DNA of 32,000 bases, taken from NCBI GenBank assembly GCA_031316235.1, contig JALDRA010000001.1, positions 3,330,001-3,362,000 on the forward strand, given 5' to 3'. The stretch's first letter is position 1. The number at the start of each line of letters is the position of its first letter. The position numbers were made by a program, and so were the translations under genes. Below are positions 8,233 to 14,927 of the stretch, in pieces. Under the pieces are notes generated by a model. That model had not been told where the DNA came from. It did not search any database and saw nothing but the letters and a program-made list of their open reading frames with translations. The stretch is from Candidatus Scalindua sp. Its GTDB lineage: Bacteria > Planctomycetota > Brocadiia > Brocadiales > Scalinduaceae.

Positions 8233-8880
8233 GTGGGAAAAAAGCTTGTAAACAAAATTACTATTGTTGGTTGTGGGCCAGGTTCGAAAAAACATATCAC
8301 AGGCCTGGCTATGCAGCGAATCAAGAATGCGGATTCACTGATCGGCAGCAGAAGGCTGCTGGAATTATTTTCAGACATAGAGACTGACAAATATACGGTC
8401 AACCGAAATTACCGATTGCTTATTATGCGCATTATCTCCTTGAGTAAACGTAAAAAAGTTGTTGTCCTTGTAAGTGGAGACCCGGGTTTTTTTAGTTACT
8501 CAAAGCGCATAATAGATAAAGTTGGTCTGGATAATTGTGAAATTATTCCCGGTATCAGCTCGATTCAACTTGCTTTTGCATCAATTGGAAAGAGCTGGAA
8601 CGACGCCTGTTTTGTGAGTCTGCAGGGGAGAAAGGGTGAATTTCCCGAGCTCATAAAAAAGGTGAAAGAACAGAAAAAAGTTGCGGTATTAACTGATAAA
8701 TCCAATAATCTGAAACTTATTTACAAGGGACTGATGAGTGAAGGGATTCGCGACAGGATGGTTTATGTCTGTGAAGATCTCTCTTTAAAAACGGAAAGGA
8801 TACGCTGTTTTAAGTTGACTTCCATTCAGAGAGTACAGGTGAGGGGCCTGAATGTCATTATTATTGTAGATGAGGGCTAG
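8233..8880 (+). CDS. cbiE: Precorrin-6Y / cobalt-precorrin-7 C5-methyltransferase subunit (CbiE)
   Basis: ITIVGCGPGSKKHIT, VVVLVSGDPGFFSY and IPGISSIQLAFA are signatures of the tetrapyrrole methylase fold, and the length (215 aa) is CbiE-like. It uses a GTG start. No cbiT follows. Confidence 0.75.
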   Translation: MGKKLVNKITIVGCGPGSKKHITGLAMQRIKNADSLIGSRRLLELFSDIETDKYTVNRNYRLLIMRIISLSKRKKVVVLVSGDPGFFSYSKRIIDKVGLDNCEIIPGISSIQLAFASIGKSWNDACFVSLQGRKGEFPELIKKVKEQKKVAVLTDKSNNLKLIYKGLMSEGIRDRMVYVCEDLSLKTERIRCFKLTSIQRVQVRGLNVIIIVDEG

Positions 8881-8931
8881 TCCGTAAATAGAGCAATCCG
8901 GCCACTCGCAAAAGGACCCTTGATTTTTCGC

Positions 8932-8959
8932 TTGACAGATACATTTAAAATGATATGGT
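8932..8959 (+). promoter_or_regulatory. Sigma-70-like promoter candidate for the riboswitch leader
   Basis: TTGACA (8932..8937), a 16-nt spacer, then TATGGT (8954..8959), about 35 nt upstream of the proposed aptamer. Confidence 0.3.
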
Positions 8960-8990
8960 TGTTAACAAGTAAGTTTTGTTTGTGTAATCA

Positions 8991-9089
8991 GTGAGACATT
9001 ATCGGATTATGCTAAAGGCTAACCTTGAGTGATCAGGGGGCGCAAAGTAAAGGGTCTTTAACGTACATGGATGTGCGTGGAGATGTCAC
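8991..9089 (+). promoter_or_regulatory. Candidate GEMM-I cyclic-di-nucleotide riboswitch aptamer
   Basis: GGCUAA (9017..9022), the hairpin CCUUGA-GUGA-UCAGGG (9023..9038, GNRA loop) and GG-CGCAAAG (9039..9047) mirror the Vc2 core GGCAAA-CCAUUC-GAAA-GAGUGG-GACGCAAAG. A second hairpin, ACGUACAU-GG-AUGUGCGU, lies at 9061..9078. A possible closing helix pairs 8991..8999 with 9083..9089. Confidence 0.5.
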
Positions 9090-9127
9090 GATATACTCCA
9101 TGTTTTCAAGGAAGAGTTTCGCCATTA

Positions 9128-9196
9128 AAGACAGCCTTACTGCCGGGGATTTGAATGTGTTATCACATCTTGGGCGGTAAGGCTGTCTTTTTTTTT
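9128..9196 (+). terminator. Rho-independent terminator (expression platform of the leader)
   Basis: GACAGCCTTAC (9131..9141) pairs with GTAAGGCTGTC (9177..9187). An inner ATGTG/CACAT stem extends the hairpin. A run of nine T follows immediately at 9188..9196. It lies 100 nt upstream of the ATG at 9297. Confidence 0.75.
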
Positions 9197-9296
9197 GGAA
9201 GGAGGTGTACCGGATCTGAGCAGTTATATAAACAGTGGTACGTTTTTTATTTTTTTCTAAATTACAGTCGACCTACTTTAAAGGGGGGGGGAGAAA

Positions 9297-11195
9297 ATGA
9301 ACAGTAAATTATTAAGGTTTCTTCTTTTTACGGGCTCTATGTCATTTGTCTTTGGCGCGTATTCCTTGACGAATGTACAAGCCGATGAAGAACTATCAAA
9401 CAGTCAAGGAGCAAACACAACATTAGTTTCCGGATATGAAGAAGAGTCCGTTTCTGAAAATCAGGAAGAACCGGAAACAACTCCTGGTACAGGGATTGGA
9501 ACGGCAACTCCTGAAGTCGATCTCCATATCTACACACAGGATGAGGTTTCAACTGCAATCCGGCTCGAAGGTAACAGTGCGATTGACGGGTCTTACCGGG
9601 AAAACACGACGATTTTACGAGACAGCAGCGCGTTAAGGATCCTTGATGATGATTCCGGTGAGAGTGTTACGATTAAAGAAAATGGTAATGTGGGTATCGG
9701 TGCCTCGAACCCGTTACAGAAACTCCATATTGGTGGTACTCCGGGGTCAGATGGAGTTATGTTCCCTGATGGTACCGTGCAGACCACTGCAAGTGTCGGT
9801 GGTCCAGCAGGTCCGGCAGGTCCGGCAGGTCCGGCGGGTCCGGCGGGTCCGGCAGGTCCGGCAGGTTCTAATGGAGCAGATGGTGCGGCAGGTCCGATAG
9901 GCCCGATAGGTCCGGTTGGTCCGGTTGGTCCGGTTGGTCCCATCGGTCCACAGGGGCTACCGGGAGATTCACATTGGCTCCTCAACGGGACGAGCACATA
10001 TTATAACGCCGGTGATGTCGGTATTGGAACCAACAGCCCGGTCTGTGACCTTCATGTTCTCCGTTCCGGTGGGAACAACCGTCCACCTACCACATCAGGC
10101 ATTCAATTTAATAAATCAAACCTGATCGTTAAAGCGGATGAAGCTGTAGTAGGCCCGGTAATTCCCGGTCCCGTGATTCCAGGCCCGGTTATTCCACCGG
10201 TAATAATCCCGCTTTTCACTCCGTACTGGTTCTACACGGCAGTTGGAGGTACCGGTTCGACGGGAATCGTGGACGTTGACACAAGATTTGTGAGAAAAAC
10301 AAATACCGATCTCCATTTTCAGACCCAGTCTACTATTAAAACAGGTGCTGTTTCCACGCAGATGACCCTGGACAAGGATGGCGATCTCGGTATCGGCACG
10401 ACAGTCCCGGAATTTAAACTGCACATCCCGGAGGGTTCAGATGTAAATGTAACGACAGGGGGATTTATCGTCCTTGGTTCAAGAACGGGTACGAATATGG
10501 GGATTGATAACAATGAGATGCAGGCCCGTGTCAATGGTGCGGCTGCACAGATGCACTTAAACTGGGAAGGTGGAAATGTTGCTCTCGGTGGTCCGTTAAG
10601 GGGGAGAGGTACCAGTCTCAGTGGAGATTCAAGTGATGGCGTACAAATCGGTACTGGTCTCGCCGGATGGGATGTTTATGTAAATGATGATTTATGGGTT
10701 GCGGATCAGACGAGTACGAAGATACTCCACATTCGGGGTGGATCTGACCTCTCGGAAGAGTTTGATATCAGTAAACCGCATAACCTGAAAGAGTATATCA
10801 AAAATGAGGAAGAGTTTAAGATTGAGCCTGGTATGGTTGCATGTATTGACACCAGGAACTCAGGTAAGCTCATGGTAAGCAGTAAGGCATATGATCGAAC
10901 AGTAGCGGGCATCATCAGCGGAGCAGGTGGTATCAACACCGGGATGCTTATGGGGCAGGAAGGTACTGTTGCCGATGGTGAGTATCCCGTAGCCTTGACC
11001 GGACGTGTTTACTGTAAGGCTGATGCTGCGTATGGTGCTATTCAGCCTGGAGATCTTCTCACCACTTCTGATACTCCCGGATATGTGATGAAGGTAAGTG
11101 ATTATGACAGGGCCCATGGGGCTACTATCGGCAAGGCGATGTCAGCCCTTGACCAGGGAACCGGATTGGTTCTGGTTCTTGTGTCATTACAGTAA
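9297..11195 (+). CDS. Secreted collagen-repeat, tail-fibre-like protein
   Basis: Signal peptide [29 protein letters not shown]. Nineteen uninterrupted Gly-X-Y triplets. Three copies of a G(N/D)(V/L)GIG..(N/S/V)P...LH(I/V) motif ([51 protein letters not shown]). Also GIDNNEMQA and a C-terminal block ...[11 protein letters not shown]...[15 protein letters not shown]...[13 protein letters not shown]...[15 protein letters not shown]...[10 protein letters not shown] strong SD (GGGGGGGGGAG) precedes the ATG. Confidence 0.85.
   Translation: MNSKLLRFLLFTGSMSFVFGAYSLTNVQADEELSNSQGANTTLVSGYEEESVSENQEEPETTPGTGIGTATPEVDLHIYTQDEVSTAIRLEGNSAIDGSYRENTTILRDSSALRILDDDSGESVTIKENGNVGIGASNPLQKLHIGGTPGSDGVMFPDGTVQTTASVGGPAGPAGPAGPAGPAGPAGPAGSNGADGAAGPIGPIGPVGPVGPVGPIGPQGLPGDSHWLLNGTSTYYNAGDVGIGTNSPVCDLHVLRSGGNNRPPTTSGIQFNKSNLIVKADEAVVGPVIPGPVIPGPVIPPVIIPLFTPYWFYTAVGGTGSTGIVDVDTRFVRKTNTDLHFQTQSTIKTGAVSTQMTLDKDGDLGIGTTVPEFKLHIPEGSDVNVTTGGFIVLGSRTGTNMGIDNNEMQARVNGAAAQMHLNWEGGNVALGGPLRGRGTSLSGDSSDGVQIGTGLAGWDVYVNDDLWVADQTSTKILHIRGGSDLSEEFDISKPHNLKEYIKNEEEFKIEPGMVACIDTRNSGKLMVSSKAYDRTVAGIISGAGGINTGMLMGQEGTVADGEYPVALTGRVYCKADAAYGAIQPGDLLTTSDTPGYVMKVSDYDRAHGATIGKAMSALDQGTGLVLVLVSLQ
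9801..9971 (+). repeat. Collagen-coding 9-bp tandem repeats
   Basis: GGTCC(A/G)GC(A/G) occurs 7 times (9801..9863), almost identical at the DNA level. It is followed by GGTCCGATA/GGCCCGATA, GGTCCGGTT three times, and further units. Translation is (GPA)7 GSN GAD GAA (GPI)2 (GPV)3 [12 protein letters not shown]. Confidence 0.9.
10152..10211 (+). repeat. 15-bp imperfect tandem repeat encoding (GPVIP)3-PVIIP
   Basis: GGCCCGGTAATTCCC GGTCCCGTGATTCCA GGCCCGGTTATTCCA CCGGTAATAATCCCG. The units differ mostly at synonymous positions. Confidence 0.7.
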
Positions 11196-11230
11196 TTACG
11201 TTTTACAAACCTTAATAAGGGAGTATGAAT

Positions 11231-12247
11231 ATGAAGAAATTAAACATACGTTACCTGATGATGTGCAGCTTGTTCCTGCTGCTCACATTGCCGGTTAGCA
11301 TCATGGCTCAGGATGCCGGAGACCCGTATGATCCGTATGCACCCTATGATAACGGTGTGCCTGAAGGGTGGAAGGTTATTGAAGGAGATATCCTTGTCAG
11401 AATCTCAGAACCGGAAGGTACGTTTGAAAGCAATTTGTGGTCAAACCGGAGAGTTCCGTATCAATTCGATTCGAATGTATCATCTCTTAATCAGACCCGG
11501 GCAGTCAATGCCATGGCTGAATTGGAGGCAGTATCAAACATAGATTTCAGGCCGCGAAACGGTGAGGGCAACTATGTCCATTTTCAGAATTCAACCGTAA
11601 ATAATTCTGCCGTTGGCATGAAAGGTGGAAGACAGGTTATCAATATCGTTAGCTGGTCTTCAAGGTTTATCATAGTACATGAATGCATGCATGCAGCAGG
11701 GTTCTGGCATGAACAATCCCGGCCTGATCGTGACAGCTTTGTGACCATTCATCTGGATAGAATTCCATCTGATAAGGAACACAATTTTGACAAGAAATCT
11801 TCGGCTGATGTCTTGGGGACTTATGATTTTGATTCTGTCATGCATTATGATCAATGCGCTTTCTCGGAGTGTTCTAATTGCAGTTCAAATTTGAGTAGCT
11901 GTAGAACCATAACGGTGAAGTCACCCAATACATCACAGCAGGGTGTTATCGGGCAGAGAGACCATTTGAGTGATCTGGATCAGCTTACGATGCAATATCT
12001 CTATCCGCCAAGTAACTGGAGGTTTGTCAATGGTTCTTACTCGAAGGCACCTCCGGCTAACTTTATTACTTTTCTGCAGATAGGCACATTTCATCTACCT
12101 GCAAAGACGATTAGTAAGGGTGTGAGTGTCGTGCCGACAGGAGGGACGCTTATTGTTATGCCCGGAACATATAGCGGAGCGACTACCTATAGCAAGGCTA
12201 TGACCTTGAGGGGGAGTTCTCTGCTTGGGACTGTGACTATCAGATGA
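11231..12247 (+). CDS. Astacin-family (M12A) zinc metalloprotease zymogen with a C-terminal beta-helix-cap-like tag
   Basis: HECMHAAGFWHEQSRPDRD matches the astacin signature HExxHxxGFxHExxRxDRD. The Met-turn is DSVMHY. Upstream, IEGDI resembles the propeptide Asp-switch (FxGD). The signal peptide is MKKLNIRYLMMCSLFLLLTLPVSIMA. I prefer ATG 11231 over 11225 because of its spacing from GGGAG (11219..11223). Confidence 0.85.
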   Translation: MKKLNIRYLMMCSLFLLLTLPVSIMAQDAGDPYDPYAPYDNGVPEGWKVIEGDILVRISEPEGTFESNLWSNRRVPYQFDSNVSSLNQTRAVNAMAELEAVSNIDFRPRNGEGNYVHFQNSTVNNSAVGMKGGRQVINIVSWSSRFIIVHECMHAAGFWHEQSRPDRDSFVTIHLDRIPSDKEHNFDKKSSADVLGTYDFDSVMHYDQCAFSECSNCSSNLSSCRTITVKSPNTSQQGVIGQRDHLSDLDQLTMQYLYPPSNWRFVNGSYSKAPPANFITFLQIGTFHLPAKTISKGVSVVPTGGTLIVMPGTYSGATTYSKAMTLRGSSLLGTVTIR

Positions 12248-12322
12248 GCGTGATACCAGGGTTGTTTTTTACAGAGGGGTTCCCAATAAGGTGCATCCTC
12301 TGAGAAAATGGTAAGTGTATAT

Positions 12323-12361
12323 GCAACAGATCGCGCCGCAGCAAGCGGCATGATCTGTTGC
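12323..12361 (+). promoter_or_regulatory. Strong stem-loop between the astacin and S1 protease genes
   Basis: GCAACAGATC (12323..12332) pairs with GATCTGTTGC (12352..12361). An inner GCCGC/GCGGC stem has the loop AGCAA. No U-tract follows, so it is not a canonical terminator. Confidence 0.4.
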
Positions 12362-12476
12362 TATCTTGCCGGGCTGGAGGTCTGTTTTTCCGAAGAGTGT
12401 TTTGCTTCTCTTTATTCGCGTCAGGAACAGCGAGACTGGTAAAAGAGGTTGCGTGAAAGAGGAAGAGGTGGAGGGA

Positions 12477-13841
12477 ATGAGGAAGATTGAAACGTACAAC
12501 ATCGTGATCGTCACCATATTGCTGCAGCTGGCGTCTTTGTTTTGCCCGATTGTCAGTGGCGCAGACGACACTTCAATCCGTTGTCACAGGGAGCCGTTTG
12601 TCCTGGATTCCGGTGTCCATGAAAATCTGCGGAAGGAAAGCTCTGTGCCATTTCGAGAAACGATGATAATTCCTGGTGTTCCCTGGATGCAGATCCATGT
12701 GAGTGCTTCTAACCTGGGAGAAAGGAGCTGTATTGTAATAACGTCTCTCTATGACGGGGGGCAGCAACGTCTCGACACTCAAAGTCTCGTTCAGTGGCAC
12801 AATTCAAGTGCGTATCTTAATGGTGAAGCAGTAGAGATAGCACTAGTTGTTGGCCCGGGGGAGTCAGGAATCTTTTTCCGTATCGAGGAGATTACGGTTG
12901 GTGAGTGGATTGGGAATGGTGGACCTGCAGACGGATCTTCTTCTCTTCTGTTTCAGGAAAGTATTTGTGGGAGTTCTGACAATCGAGTCTCATCAGAAGA
13001 TCCGGCCGTTGGTCGCATTATGCCAGCCGGCTGCACCGGTTGGATAATCTCAAATGGTGCGTTCCTGACTGCCGGTCACTGCAGCGGTATTGGTTATGTG
13101 CTGCAATTTAACGTACCCGCATCGTTGCCTGATGGAACGCCGCTTAATCCTCTCCCGGAAGATCAGTATCCCGTAACGTATCTCGATTTTCACAATAATG
13201 ATGAGGGAGATGACTGGGCAATATTTCAGACAGGGACAAATAATAAAGGCCAGCAGGCGATAGAAAGACAAAGGGCTTTTTATCGTGTAACACATGACAT
13301 ATCTCCCGAGAGTGTCAGTGTTACCGGATACGGAATAGATTCTCTCCCTCGGGGAACAACGGGAGGCCGCAATTCAGATAACCAGACACAGCAAACTCAC
13401 ACTGGTCACTATATAGGAAAGAATATTGTGAGGCGTACGAAAGTCATAATTGAATATTTAGTAGATACTCTGGGTGGTAACTCTGGTGCTCCTGTTATTA
13501 TTACCCAGGAAGGCCTGACACTTGGAATCCACACCCATTCGGGCTGCAATCCTCCCCATTTCGGGAATCAGGGTACCGGTTTTCAACAGCGCGGTCTGAA
13601 AAATGCAATCCAGACTTTTCCCGGGGTAAATGTGGAATATGTAGACAAAGGTTACCCTGAACTTGCTGTCCGGAAAGACGGTACCGTTTTTAGACCCTTT
13701 AATACGGTGCAGGAGGGTGTCAATGCAGCATCTGCCGGAGCAGTCATCAGCATTGTAAAGGGCTCCTATCATGAGTCGGTTACCATTACCAAGAATGTAG
13801 TTATTGAAGCCCCCGTTGGCACGGTTATTATCGGTCAATAG
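12477..13841 (+). CDS. Secreted trypsin-fold (S1 family) serine protease with an N-terminal pro-region and a C-terminal beta-helix-cap-like tag
   Basis: Catalytic-triad contexts are FLTAGHC (His), DDWAIF (Asp) and TLGGNSGAPVI (Ser). ATG 12477 is preceded by GGTGGAGGGA and gives the signal peptide MRKIETYNIVIVTILLQLASLFCPIVSGA. The track start at 12366 is probably too far upstream. Confidence 0.8.
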   Translation: MRKIETYNIVIVTILLQLASLFCPIVSGADDTSIRCHREPFVLDSGVHENLRKESSVPFRETMIIPGVPWMQIHVSASNLGERSCIVITSLYDGGQQRLDTQSLVQWHNSSAYLNGEAVEIALVVGPGESGIFFRIEEITVGEWIGNGGPADGSSSLLFQESICGSSDNRVSSEDPAVGRIMPAGCTGWIISNGAFLTAGHCSGIGYVLQFNVPASLPDGTPLNPLPEDQYPVTYLDFHNNDEGDDWAIFQTGTNNKGQQAIERQRAFYRVTHDISPESVSVTGYGIDSLPRGTTGGRNSDNQTQQTHTGHYIGKNIVRRTKVIIEYLVDTLGGNSGAPVIITQEGLTLGIHTHSGCNPPHFGNQGTGFQQRGLKNAIQTFPGVNVEYVDKGYPELAVRKDGTVFRPFNTVQEGVNAASAGAVISIVKGSYHESVTITKNVVIEAPVGTVIIGQ

Positions 13842-14044
13842 CAGCTGCTGGATTTTTCACAGAGGCATTACAGTTCTCATCTGATTTTCCTCAATTTCAG
13901 GCTGATCAGATAACACCATTTACTCCGGCAATCTTACAATCCAATCCCGGGTAGGAACGTGAGGGAATCATTGTTCGGAAAAACCTTTCAGCACAAGACG
14001 GTTTTGGTTCAACTACCGGGTTTCCGTTCAATCAATAAATAAAG

Positions 14045-14073
14045 TTGAAATAGTACCTGTTTCTTTATAAAAT
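14045..14073 (+). promoter_or_regulatory. Sigma-70-like promoter candidate for sdhCAB
   Basis: TTGAAA (14045..14050), a 17-nt spacer, then TAAAAT (14068..14073). It lies about 160 nt upstream of the sdhC ATG. Confidence 0.3.
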
Positions 14074-14233
14074 GATCTTTTATACGGTAGCTGAAAATTT
14101 ATCACCCTGCACCTGATTTCAAGTCCATGAACATAAGAAATGATGCGTATGATAACTTGTGTGAAAGGTATGCACACCGTGCACTCTTCTCTCAACTAAG
14201 TACGATAAACCATTATGGCGGAGGTTTCGGATA

Positions 14234-14923
14234 ATGCTTCCTGTGTTTACGGCAGTTCGATCTTCGGTAGGAAAAAAGATCCTCATGGCAGGTACTGCAT
14301 TATCGTTAGTTTTGTTTGTGACTACGCATTTGCTGGGTAATCTCAAATTGCTCAGCAGAGATTCAGTCTCTTTTAACCGGTATGCTCACAAGCTCGAAAG
14401 TCTTGGCGGGCTCCTTTATCTTGCAGAAACCGGGCTGCTCCTTCTTTTTCTTGCTCATATCACTATAGCCATATCTATTTTCCTCACTACGAGAAAAGCG
14501 AGACCCGTAGGCTATTATATGCACAGGCATATGGGGAAAGCAGGTTATAATTTTTTTGGTTCGACAACGATGATTTATACAGGAGTAGCGGTACTGATTT
14601 TTCTGGTTATCCATCTTATCCATTTTAAATTTGGGCCGGGTGTTAAGGATGGCTATATCAAAGAGATTGATGGAGAATCGGTTCGAGATTTACATCGCCT
14701 GGTTATAGAGAGTTTTCAAAGTTTCTGGTATGTATCTTTTTATGTGATATCGATTTCCTTGCTTGGAATTCACTTGAGTCATGGTGTCTGGAGTGCTTTT
14801 CAGTCTCTGGGAGCAAGCCATCCCAGATACACTCCATTAATTTTTGGATCAGGAATCCTCATAGCGCTAACCTTATCCTTGGGTTTCCTGTCTCTGCCTG
14901 TTTTGATATATTTTATTTGGTGA
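14234..14923 (+). CDS. sdhC: Succinate dehydrogenase / fumarate reductase cytochrome b subunit (single-subunit, five-helix type)
   Basis: [28 protein letters not shown] at the N-terminus, several His-containing transmembrane helices, 229 aa, and a GGAGG-like SD. It sits directly upstream of sdhA. Confidence 0.8.
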   Translation: MLPVFTAVRSSVGKKILMAGTALSLVLFVTTHLLGNLKLLSRDSVSFNRYAHKLESLGGLLYLAETGLLLLFLAHITIAISIFLTTRKARPVGYYMHRHMGKAGYNFFGSTTMIYTGVAVLIFLVIHLIHFKFGPGVKDGYIKEIDGESVRDLHRLVIESFQSFWYVSFYVISISLLGIHLSHGVWSAFQSLGASHPRYTPLIFGSGILIALTLSLGFLSLPVLIYFIW

Positions 14924-14927
14924 ATTC

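Noticed and set aside
9593-9997. A 134-aa antisense ORF rich in Gly/Pro, plus other antisense or overlapping ORFs inside the fibre gene (9337-9558, 9643-9900, 9916-10125, 10116-10424 and others).
   Set aside because: These are mirror-image or off-frame products of the GGTCCGGCA-type collagen repeats. The sense frame carries the signal peptide, the SD and the conserved motifs.
10700-11195. Calling the C-terminal block of the fibre protein a peptidase S74 intramolecular-chaperone domain (as in endosialidase and tail-spike proteins).
   Set aside because: I could not find the motifs I associate with that domain. The block resembles a different, uncharacterised conserved C-terminal module, so it is left unnamed.
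13840-13857. The palindrome AGCAGCTGCT followed by GATTTTT after the S1 protease gene, considered as a terminator.
   Set aside because: The stem is only 4-5 bp with a minimal loop, which is too weak to call.
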